A stretch of DNA of 64,000 nucleotides from Synergistaceae bacterium (GTDB lineage: Bacteria > Synergistota > Synergistia > Synergistales > Synergistaceae), in NCBI GenBank assembly GCA_031270375.1, contig JAISXR010000166.1, positions 6,920-70,919 of the forward strand, given 5' to 3'. A program made the position numbers and the translations under genes. Below the pieces are notes generated by a model. The model was not told the origin of the DNA, did no database searches, and saw nothing but the letters and a program-made list of their open reading frames with translations. Shown here in pieces: positions 56,723 through 64,000 of this stretch. Each line of letters starts with the position of its first letter. Within the stretch, counting starts at the first letter, position 1.

Positions 56723-58171
56723 ATGGCAAGGAACATAACTCCAAAGGAAAAAAATTATTCCGACTGGTATCTCGATGTCATAAGGGCGGCGGAACTCGCC
56801 GATTACGCGCCGGTGAGAGGATGCATGGTCATCAGACCAAACGGCTACGGAATATGGGAGAACATTCAGGCCGTTTTCGACCGCGGTTTCAAGGAGACGG
56901 GTCACGTCAACGCGTACTTTCCCCTCCTCATCCCGAATTCTTTCATGGAGCGCGAGGCCCAGCACGTGGAGGGATTTGCCCCGGAGTGCGCCGTCGTCAC
57001 CCACGCCGGAGGCGAGGAACTCGAAGAGCCCTATGTCGTGCGCCCGACTTCGGAGACCATCATTGGACACATGTATAGCCAGTGGGTACAGTCGTGGCGC
57101 GACCTCCCCATTTTGATAAACCAGTGGTGCAACGTGATGAGGTGGGAGAAACGCCCGCGCCTCTTCCTGCGGACATCCGAATTTTTGTGGCAGGAGGGGC
57201 ACACAGCCCACGCCACCCGAGATGAGGCGTTCGAGGAAACGTTCAAGATGCTCGACGTCTATCGGAACACAATGCAAAAAGAGCTGGCGCTACCGGTGCT
57301 TTACGGGGAAAAATCCGAGAACGAGCGCTTCCCCGGCGCCGACAACACTTATTCGTGCGAGGCCATGATGAGCGACAAGAGGGCGCTTCAGGCCGGCACG
57401 AGCCATTTTTTGGGCCAGAACTTCGCGCGCGCCTTTGACGTATCATTTCAGGACAAAAGCGGCGAGCGCGCTTACGCGTGGACGACGAGCTGGGGAGTAT
57501 CGGCGCGTCTTATCGGCGCGATAATCATGACCCACAGCGACAACGACGGATTGATACTGCCGCCGCGCGTAGCTCCGGTGAAGACCGTGATAATTCCCAT
57601 ATCGAGCGACGAAGGCTTACTGCGCGACAAATTGGAGCCAGCCGCCGAAAAAGTATCCCGCGAAATAGACGCGGCATTGGGCGGCATGTATTCCAAAATC
57701 GACAGGCAATATCACATGCGCCCGGCCGACAGGTTCTTCCGCCACCTTCAGCGCGGTGTTCCGGTGCGGGTGGAGATAGGGGCCAAGGAGTTCGAGGACG
57801 GCGCGGTCACACTGGTGCGTCGCGACACGTCCGAGCGCGAGCGTGTTCCGATGGGGGAGTGCGCCGCGAGAGTGAAAGACCTCCTGGTGAGCATCCAGCG
57901 GAATCTTTACGACAAGGCGCAGGCGTTCCGCGAGGCGAACACCCACGATATCGACAGCATGGACGACCTCAAGAAATTTTTCTCGCCCGAGGGCAAAGGC
58001 GGATTCGCCCGCGTCTACTTCGCCGGCTCTTCCGACGACGAAGGAGAGATCAAATACGTCACGGGAGGCGCCACGATACGCTGTATGCCGCTCGACGACG
58101 AATCGAGAGGCAAATGCGTATACACCGGAAAACCGGAAGGCCGAAGGGCAATACTGGCGAAAGCGTATTGA
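56723..58171 (+). CDS. proS: Proline--tRNA ligase (archaeal/eukaryote-like type, no insertion editing domain)
   Basis: The start DWY..V...A.L.DY.PVRGCMV.RP.G..IWE, the class II motifs, the length of about 480 aa and the C-terminal zinc-binding-like domain ending in Y all fit. Confidence 0.9.
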   Translation: MARNITPKEKNYSDWYLDVIRAAELADYAPVRGCMVIRPNGYGIWENIQAVFDRGFKETGHVNAYFPLLIPNSFMEREAQHVEGFAPECAVVTHAGGEELEEPYVVRPTSETIIGHMYSQWVQSWRDLPILINQWCNVMRWEKRPRLFLRTSEFLWQEGHTAHATRDEAFEETFKMLDVYRNTMQKELALPVLYGEKSENERFPGADNTYSCEAMMSDKRALQAGTSHFLGQNFARAFDVSFQDKSGERAYAWTTSWGVSARLIGAIIMTHSDNDGLILPPRVAPVKTVIIPISSDEGLLRDKLEPAAEKVSREIDAALGGMYSKIDRQYHMRPADRFFRHLQRGVPVRVEIGAKEFEDGAVTLVRRDTSERERVPMGECAARVKDLLVSIQRNLYDKAQAFREANTHDIDSMDDLKKFFSPEGKGGFARVYFAGSSDDEGEIKYVTGGATIRCMPLDDESRGKCVYTGKPEGRRAILAKAY

Positions 58172-58218
58172 AAACTTAAAAAACGCGATATCGAAACCTT
58201 GAATTCTCCTCAATCTAT

Positions 58219-58259
58219 CACACAAGAGGCCTCTCGTTGATTGAGAGGCCTCTTGTGTG
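58219..58259. terminator. Perfect 17-bp stem hairpin between convergent proS and frr
   Basis: The hairpin is CACACAAGAGGCCTCTC-GTTGATT-GAGAGGCCTCTTGTGTG. There is no clear U-run on either side. Confidence 0.5.
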
Positions 58260-58278
58260 TTCCGAAAAACTATATCGA

Positions 58279-58842
58279 TCACTCTTCCATTATTTCATGT
58301 TCCTTTTCGGCCAGTAACGCGTCGATTTTTTTGATGGCTTCGTCCGTGATATCCTGGACTTCTTTCTGATATTTTTTGAGATCGTCCTCGTTTATCTTTG
58401 AATTTTTCTCCAACTTCTTGAGAGAGTCGACTATCTCGCGGCGAATGTTGCGAGTGGCGATGCGCTGCTCCTCGGCGTATTTGTTGACAAGTTTTGTGAG
58501 TTCACCCCTGCGTTCGCGGGTCAATTCGGGGATGTTGAGCCTTATGACCTCTCCGTCCGGCTGGGGATTTATGCCGAGAGGGGAAGCCTGAATGGCTTTT
58601 TCGACCGCTTTCATGGCGCCCTTGTCCCATATCGTTATCACTATCTGTCTCGGTTCGGGAATATTGACGGTTCCCAGTTGCTTTACCGGCATCTGCGTTC
58701 CGAAATAATCCACCTTGATGTCCTCGACCAGCGCCGGGTGCGCGCGTCCCGTTCGCACGCCGGCATAGGTGCCTTTGAGGTGCTCGAGCGCTTTGGAGGT
58801 GCGATTTTTAAGGTCTTTGATCAGATTTTGAGGCATTGTCAA
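58279..58842 (-). CDS. frr: Ribosome recycling factor
   Basis: It is full length (187 aa) with the typical pattern (R.GRA.P.L...I.V.YYG, P.LTEERR.EL.K). Confidence 0.95.
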   Translation of the reverse strand: MTMPQNLIKDLKNRTSKALEHLKGTYAGVRTGRAHPALVEDIKVDYFGTQMPVKQLGTVNIPEPRQIVITIWDKGAMKAVEKAIQASPLGINPQPDGEVIRLNIPELTRERRGELTKLVNKYAEEQRIATRNIRREIVDSLKKLEKNSKINEDDLKKYQKEVQDITDEAIKKIDALLAEKEHEIMEE

Positions 58843-58860
58843 CCACTCCTTCCCGTCTTT

Positions 58861-59571
58861 TCACGATACCATCGAACCGGTTCTTTCACCGTCTATAAGC
58901 AGTTTGCTCAGATTGCCTCGCTGCCGGAAGTCAAAAACCACTATCGGCATTTTGTTTTCCATGCAAAGCGAAAAAGCCGCCGCGTCCATGACTTTCAGCT
59001 GAAGAGAGAGCGCTTCGGCAAAACTGACCTTCCGCAGAAATTTCGCGTCGGGAAATTTCACCGGATCCTTATCATATATACCATTTACTTTCGTCGCTTT
59101 CAAGAGACAATCGGATTTAATTTCGGAGGCGCGTAATGCCGCGGCCGTATCGGTCGAGAAAAAAGGCGACCCGGTGCCCGCCGCGAATATCAGGACGCGG
59201 CCTTTTTCGAGGTGCCTGATGGCACGCCTCGTGATAAACGGTTCCGCTACCGAGCGCATCTCTATAGCGGTCTGCACGCGGGTCTGCACGCCGAGCTGTT
59301 CGAGGGCGTTCTGGAGGGCGAGAGCGTTTATGACCGTCGCGAGCATTCCCATCTGGTCGGCTTGAACCCTATCCATTCCTTGTTCCTCGGCCTGCACGCC
59401 CCTAATGAAATTTCCGCCGCCGATTACTATGGCGGTTTCTATTCCCGCTTTCGCTACCTCCGATATCTCCTGACAAATTTCGTTTATCACCGGATAACTG
59501 AAGCCGAATTTTTCACTGCCGGCGAGAATTTCGCCGGATAATTTCAACAATACCCTCTTGTATTTTCGCAT
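58861..59571 (-). CDS. pyrH: UMP kinase
   Basis: It has YKRVLLKLSGE, GGGN..RG and the GTG.PFF.TD motif. The start was trimmed to the ATG at 59571, which has a GGGAGG ribosome-binding site. Confidence 0.9.
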   Translation of the reverse strand: MRKYKRVLLKLSGEILAGSEKFGFSYPVINEICQEISEVAKAGIETAIVIGGGNFIRGVQAEEQGMDRVQADQMGMLATVINALALQNALEQLGVQTRVQTAIEMRSVAEPFITRRAIRHLEKGRVLIFAAGTGSPFFSTDTAAALRASEIKSDCLLKATKVNGIYDKDPVKFPDAKFLRKVSFAEALSLQLKVMDAAAFSLCMENKMPIVVFDFRQRGNLSKLLIDGERTGSMVS

Positions 59572-59645
59572 TTTAACCGACCTCCCAGAATTTGCGCGCA
59601 CAAAAAAGCGAGGGATTTACCCCTCGCCGGAAATATTTTTTGCCT

Positions 59646-60236
59646 TTATGCCCCTATCGCGAACCTCGCGAACCTGCGAATCACTATGTTCTCGCCCATC
59701 TTGGCAATTTCGGCGATCACGATATCCTTCACCTTCACCTTCGGGTCGCGGATGTAGTTTTGCTCGATCAGACAGTTGTCTTCGTAAAAAGCCTTCAATT
59801 TACCCTCGGCTATCCTGTCGAGCATTTTTTCCGGCTTGCCCTCTTCGAGGGCCTGCTTGCGGTAAACTTCTTTCTCGCGCTCCAACGTATCGGCGGGCAC
59901 TTCCTCGGCCGATACGTAAGAAGGACTGGCCGCCGCTATCTGCATACAGAGTTCGTGCCCCAGCGCTTTAAATTCGTCGGTCTTGGCGACGAAATCGGTC
60001 TCGCAGTTGAGTTCGAGCAGCACGCCGATCTTGCTGTTGGTGTGTATATAGCTGAAAACGCTTCCCTGTGACGCCACCCGTTCAGCCTTCTTCGCAGCTT
60101 TCGCGAGGCCCTTCTCGCGCAGAAAATCTATGGCTTTCTCGATGTCGCCGCACTCCGCCAAGGCGTTGCGGCAATCCACTATGCCCGCTCCTGTGCGCGC
60201 GCGCAGTTCTTTTACGGATTCGGTATCAACAGCCAT
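59646..60236 (-). CDS. tsf: Elongation factor Ts (short form)
   Basis: It has an N-terminal UBA-like motif (VKELR..TGAG..DC..AL). It lies immediately downstream of rpsB. Confidence 0.9.
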   Translation of the reverse strand: MAVDTESVKELRARTGAGIVDCRNALAECGDIEKAIDFLREKGLAKAAKKAERVASQGSVFSYIHTNSKIGVLLELNCETDFVAKTDEFKALGHELCMQIAAASPSYVSAEEVPADTLEREKEVYRKQALEEGKPEKMLDRIAEGKLKAFYEDNCLIEQNYIRDPKVKVKDIVIAEIAKMGENIVIRRFARFAIGA

Positions 60237-60237
60237 G

Positions 60238-61080
60238 TTAAATCACTTCCTCCCAGCCCTTACGGTCTTTCAGTTCCTGGTTCGTGACCTTGTCGCCGGC
60301 TTCGGCGTATTTTTCCTCGTATTTCTCGCGCCGTTCGATGTTTTCGCCGTCCTCGGATTCTTCCCCGTTGGACAGGAGGGCGGAGGACTCCCCATCCACC
60401 CCTTGGCGTCCTTCGATGAACGCGCTCGACATGAGATTTACTATCAGCTCTATGGCCCTTATCGCGTCGTCGTTACCGGGAATGGGGTAGTCTATCAGCT
60501 CCGGGTCGCAGTTCGTGTCAACAATGGCGATGACGGGAATGCTCAGTTTACGCGCCTCCAGCACAGCATTCTCCTCTCTGCGCGGGTCGATGATAAACAG
60601 CGCTCCCGGGATTTCTTTCATCTCTTTGATGCCCGAGAGGGATTTTTCCAGTTTGTCGCACTCTTTATGAAGCTTGATGACCTCTTTTTTGGGATATTTG
60701 TTGATGGAACCGTCGGCGTCCATCGTCTCCAGCTCGACCATGCGATTCACGCGCTTGCGTATGGTGGTGAAATTCGTAAGAAGCCCGCCCAGCCACCTCT
60801 GATTGATGAAGAACTGACCGCAACGGATCGCTTCTTCGCGAAGCGGGTCCTGCGCCTGACGTTTGGTGCCTACGAACAGTATGCTGCCGTTGTTCTTCGA
60901 GAGTTCGCGGACGAAATCATAAGCTCGCTCCAACCCCTTCACGGTCTTTTGAAGGTCGATGATGTAGATTCCGTTTCTCTCCGTAAAAATATACGGCTTC
61001 ATCTTCGGGTTCCATCTGCGGGTCTGATGGCCGAAGTGAACGCCGCACTCCAACAGTTGTTTCATGTTGACAACGCCCAA
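60238..61080 (-). CDS. rpsB: 30S ribosomal protein S2
   Basis: It reads [22 protein letters not shown] and has an acidic C-terminal extension. Confidence 0.95.
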   Translation of the reverse strand: MGVVNMKQLLECGVHFGHQTRRWNPKMKPYIFTERNGIYIIDLQKTVKGLERAYDFVRELSKNNGSILFVGTKRQAQDPLREEAIRCGQFFINQRWLGGLLTNFTTIRKRVNRMVELETMDADGSINKYPKKEVIKLHKECDKLEKSLSGIKEMKEIPGALFIIDPRREENAVLEARKLSIPVIAIVDTNCDPELIDYPIPGNDDAIRAIELIVNLMSSAFIEGRQGVDGESSALLSNGEESEDGENIERREKYEEKYAEAGDKVTNQELKDRKGWEEVI

Positions 61081-61239
61081 ATTTACATTCCTCCTCGTTT
61101 TTTCCTCCGCCGGACTCGTCCCGTCATGCCCGCCCTCTCAGGCGACAAGCTGACGGTCCTCCAGCGTGCGTTTTAGCGAATATATGTTAACACAACTCAG
61201 AACCGGACGCAAGAATTACGTCGGCTCATACTTGCGGCG

Positions 61240-61267
61240 AATCTAGTCCCAAACCTGCGAACGTCAA
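61240..61267 (-). promoter_or_regulatory. Candidate rpsB promoter (TTGACG, 16-nt spacer, TAGATT on the minus strand)
   Basis: The hexamers were read on the reverse complement. They would give a GC-rich leader of about 150 nt. Confidence 0.35.
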
Positions 61268-61288
61268 GCCATAATTCGGCTCAAATTT

Positions 61289-61720
61289 TTATTTTATAGC
61301 CTGAACACCTTTTATCACATCATCGGTCAGGTCGACACCGCCGTAGAAGATATATACTTTCTCCACGACTACCGTTACGCCCTTCGCTTTGGCCGCGCTT
61401 TCGATAACTTTATTGATTTCCTCCGTCAGCGGGTTCATTATTCTCATTTCCTCCACGCCGCTCTCCTGACGGGCCGTGTCGATAATGAGCATACGTTTTT
61501 GCTGGTCGGGTTCTTTTTCGGCGGCCGCCCTCGCCTCGTCGCTCTTCTTCGTGATGAATTCGTCGACGTATTTTTGAGACTCGGCGTATCTGGGATGAGC
61601 GACTAAGATGCGCTGGGTGTCTATGAAACCTATCTTATCGGACGCGGCGTACAGGGCGCCGCACATTGTGTTCAAAACGAGAAACGCCGCCGCGCAGAGC
61701 AATATGACCTTTTTCAGCAA
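61289..61720 (-). CDS. skp: OmpH/Skp family periplasmic chaperone
   Basis: It has a signal peptide, then KIGFID..R.. and a coiled lysine/glutamate-rich body. It is short at 143 aa. Confidence 0.7.
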   Translation of the reverse strand: MLKKVILLCAAAFLVLNTMCGALYAASDKIGFIDTQRILVAHPRYAESQKYVDEFITKKSDEARAAAEKEPDQQKRMLIIDTARQESGVEEMRIMNPLTEEINKVIESAAKAKGVTVVVEKVYIFYGGVDLTDDVIKGVQAIK

Positions 61721-61777
61721 AAAACTTCCCCTCCTCGAAAACTCCGGCGATAACGAACTTCCTTACCGGTGTTCCGT

Positions 61778-61806
61778 ATTCTACATCCCCGAATCGCGAT
61801 TGTCCA
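61778..61806 (-). promoter_or_regulatory. Candidate skp promoter (TGGACA, 17-nt spacer, TAGAAT on the minus strand)
   Basis: The hexamers were read on the reverse complement, about 55 nt upstream of the skp TTG start. Confidence 0.35.
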
Positions 61807-61943
61807 GATAGCGCGTCCCCCCTCAAACCACAGGTTAGGTAGTTGGTAATGGCGTTAAGTCCGGTAATAACGCCAATTCACACAAAATCAATCTTTCACC
61901 CATTGGGTGCAAGTCCTCTATGGTCCGGCAGGTACCCTGGCGT

Positions 61944-62270
61944 TTATTTTTCAGCGTGTTCGTCTTTGCGAAGGGCGGTTTCGGGCAGGTTTATCACTTC
62001 GTTGTCGTCATGGAAACCGCGTTCCCCTGTGTTTTCTTCGGAAACGCGCCCCGCTTGATCGGAATGCGCTCGCGTCCGCCGGTCGGCGCGCGGCGTGCCA
62101 TTTTTTATCCATCTGTGCCGCCGCGTCATCACACCCGGCAACAACCCGAAGTTGGCAAGCAGCGTCAGCAACGCGATGGCGGCTATGAAAAAAATCACCG
62201 CGCCCAAAATGAAAGGCATCAAAAAAATCACTATGGCGATGATTATCGATAATATCAAAAGTCCCCGCAT
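61944..62270 (-). CDS. Hypothetical small membrane protein (two transmembrane helices plus a charged tail)
   Basis: The start was trimmed to ATG (MRGLLILSIIIAIVIF...), which has an AGGGGG ribosome-binding site 6 nt upstream. No family was recognised. Confidence 0.4.
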   Translation of the reverse strand: MRGLLILSIIIAIVIFLMPFILGAVIFFIAAIALLTLLANFGLLPGVMTRRHRWIKNGTPRADRRTRAHSDQAGRVSEENTGERGFHDDNEVINLPETALRKDEHAEK

Positions 62271-62337
62271 GGCAAACCCCCTCGCTTGATCGTACCATAT
62301 CAAATTGAACGGGATGGCACCCCAAAGTTTTTTAATT

Positions 62338-62784
62338 TCATCGAATTCTCTTTTCCTCAATAAGTTGTTTCACTTTTAGAGCGCAACTAATAATATCTTT
62401 ATTGATCTCACTTTCCCAAATGCGGAGCACTTGCCAATCTAACGTGGTTAATTGACGATTAACTTCCTCATCTCGTTGAATGTTACGACGAATTTTATTT
62501 GCCCAAAACTCGGAGTAACGCGCCAATTCTTCCTCCAAATTTTTCATGCCACGCAATGCCCAATTGTGACCATGCCAGTAATCACCGTCGCAAAATACCG
62601 CGATTTTAACTTTTGTAAAAACAATATCTGGTTTCCCAGGTAATCCATGATAATGCACCCTAAAGCGCAACCCTCGCCGCCATAGCGCCTTTCGCAAAGC
62701 AACCTCCGGTCGAGTGTTTTTTGACTTCACAGCCGCCATGATTTTATGCGTTACCTCTGGCGCGCGTCTCATGATAACTTCCAT
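62338..62784 (-). CDS. vsr: Very short patch repair endonuclease
   Basis: The motifs SKNTRPE, GKPDIVF and VFCDGDYWHGH match Vsr. The best start overlaps the upstream stop (TGATG). Confidence 0.85.
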   Translation of the reverse strand: MEVIMRRAPEVTHKIMAAVKSKNTRPEVALRKALWRRGLRFRVHYHGLPGKPDIVFTKVKIAVFCDGDYWHGHNWALRGMKNLEEELARYSEFWANKIRRNIQRDEEVNRQLTTLDWQVLRIWESEINKDIISCALKVKQLIEEKRIR

Positions 62785-63428
62785 CAACGTAAATAGCTTT
62801 TGGAAAGAAGCTCGTGAAGGTAAGTTACTACGCGCTCTTCTAATTGTCCTTTTGTGAACGCGCATGGTTGTAACTTTGTCGCCCATTCACGACCTGGATG
62901 CAGGCGATCCCACAGTGGCATTTTCCCACTATGCCGACCACTTCCTGGGTCATGATTACCAAAACCGTCGAGAACGCGATTCCAAACAGGCTTAAAACGT
63001 TCAATCAAGATTGATTCAGCAAGTGGTATCCATATATCGTCCACAACGAGAAAACGGCAAAAAAAATCTTTCAAATCAAGGTTGTGAACAGCTTTTATGG
63101 ATTCCGCGTGTTCGTTTAGTCGTTTTCGCAAGGCCGGACCATGTTCTATTTCTAAACTAACCTCACCTTTTCTTGCCCCAGCGGGTACAGCCTTACCAAC
63201 ATAAATCGGATAGTGAAACTGGCCACCTTTGTTTACGTTAGACAATTCTTCATATGCTGAAAAAGTACCCGTATAATATAAAGCATATACTCCCGCGCCA
63301 ATAAAAGGTGTGGGCGGTAATGGTTGGGCACTCACTTCCAACAATGCGTCGGCGATACTTTCACCCAAGTTTTGTTTATCCAACGGGTTAAACGGCTTTA
63401 CAATTAGCGGGTTCTCCCTTGTAACCAT
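62784..63428 (-). CDS. Type II restriction endonuclease, Eco29kI-like (GIY-YIG superfamily)
   Basis: GVYALYYTG...Y.......PIYVGKAVP.G.RKG resembles the GIY-YIG core as found in the Eco29kI family. It sits between a C5 methyltransferase and Vsr, and GC is low. Confidence 0.6.
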   Translation of the reverse strand: MVTRENPLIVKPFNPLDKQNLGESIADALLEVSAQPLPPTPFIGAGVYALYYTGTFSAYEELSNVNKGGQFHYPIYVGKAVPAGARKGEVSLEIEHGPALRKRLNEHAESIKAVHNLDLKDFFCRFLVVDDIWIPLAESILIERFKPVWNRVLDGFGNHDPGSGRHSGKMPLWDRLHPGREWATKLQPCAFTKGQLEERVVTYLHELLSKSYLR

Positions 63429-64000
63429 TGTTATTCAACCTTTTAAGTGTATTTGCCACCGATTCACCAATGATAGCCGCCAGTTTGACTGGTACGGCGT
63501 TTCCTATTTGACGCATACTTTCCGTCCATGAACCACAGAAAAAATATTTGTCGGGGAAAGTCTGTATTCTCGCGCTTTCACGGACTGTGTAATAACGCAA
63601 AGAACCATCATCAAGGACTAACATATTCTCTCCGCCCGGGACACCATGCGCCCCAGCCTTTATCGTCTTTGAAGGTTCATCCATAACGCTGCCGGAATGA
63701 CCAGCGTATGGTCTTGCCCCGGCTCTAAATTCATGGTTCAAAAAAGTCCGGCGATTCTTTGCTCGTGGGTCTGGTAGTCCTCGGATCGCGTCTCGAACAG
63801 TCCTCCATCTCTCCACGCGTTCTTTCCCATCAAAAGAACGTATGATGTTTTCTCGCTCCCTTTTCGAGATTTCCGGCCGATTTTTATAAGCTATCTCATA
63901 CTCATCCCAATAAGAACCATCCACAAATTTTGAATACAAGAGGGCTTCTCTTGAACGCGTCGCTTCAGGAAAAGACCAATTCGCGTCTAGATCATTTCTA
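63388..64000 (-). CDS. dcm: DNA (cytosine-5)-methyltransferase, C-terminal part (gene continues past the window end)
   Basis: TVRESARIQTFPD (motif IX region) and RQIGNAVPV (motif X) are present. I translated the frame by hand and it stays open from 63939 to position 64000, so the tracked TTG start is not the real start. Confidence 0.85.
   Translation of the reverse strand, partial: RNDLDANWSFPEATRSREALLYSKFVDGSYWDEYEIAYKNRPEISKRERENIIRSFDGKERVERWRTVRDAIRGLPDPRAKNRRTFLNHEFRAGARPYAGHSGSVMDEPSKTIKAGAHGVPGGENMLVLDDGSLRYYTVRESARIQTFPDKYFFCGSWTESMRQIGNAVPVKLAAIIGESVANTLKRLNNNGYKGEPANCKAV

Noticed and set aside
60130-61176. A 348-aa plus-strand ORF opposite rpsB and tsf
   Set aside because: It is antisense to two highly conserved ribosomal and translation genes and is a shadow ORF.
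61899-61911. The 13-nt palindrome CACCCATTGGGTG between the small membrane gene and skp
   Set aside because: It occurs once, has no second half-site or known operator match, and lies just downstream of a stop codon. A chance palindrome or part of a terminator is a sufficient explanation.
1-64000. Search for CRISPR arrays, tRNA, rRNA, tmRNA, RNase P or SRP RNA in intergenic gaps longer than 90 nt
   Set aside because: By eye I saw no regularly spaced direct repeats, no cloverleaf-like sequences and no long conserved structured RNA signatures. A covariance-model scan would be needed to exclude small RNAs formally.

Overview
This 64-kb window is mostly core chromosome of a fairly GC-rich bacterium; hand counts of single 60-nt lines give about 58% GC in core genes. 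I did not find a convincing, clearly novel multi-gene system, and the findings below are leads rather than discoveries. The centre is a complete, tightly coupled dcw cell-wall and division cluster at about 18.9-35.7 kb, in the order mraZ-rsmH-ftsL-ftsI-murE-murF-mraY-murD-ftsW-murG-murC-murB-ftsQ-ftsA-ftsZ. A large radical SAM gene and a SPOR-domain gene follow it directly. Next come moaA-moaC-mogA, rapZ-yvcK-whiA, a glycogen debranching enzyme and gap-pgk-tpiA. On the minus strand are trmN6-rsmI-metG-tatD and skp-rpsB-tsf-pyrH-frr. Other core genes are sbcDC, panB, lemA, murJ, nox, proS, two GNATs, a V4R protein paired with a GGDEF cyclase, and a secreted Sel1-repeat protein. Accessory, lower-GC material sits in three places. 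At the left edge there is a GT8 fragment and a RelB/DinJ-VapC toxin-antitoxin pair. At 14.0-15.4 kb there is a decayed islet with a frameshifted zeta-like toxin, an unannotated small upstream ORF, a startless coding remnant and a palindromic repeat pair. At the right edge there is a type II restriction-modification cassette: C5 methyltransferase, an Eco29kI-like GIY-YIG nuclease and Vsr. I saw no rRNA, tRNA or CRISPR array. The more interesting leads are the division-linked radical SAM/SPOR pair, a structured terminator-containing leader in front of moaA, the decayed toxin islet with its repeats, and the R-M/Vsr cassette. Gene coordinates follow the supplied ORF track, with some starts trimmed to internal start codons. 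Small motifs were located by hand and may be off by 1-2 nt.
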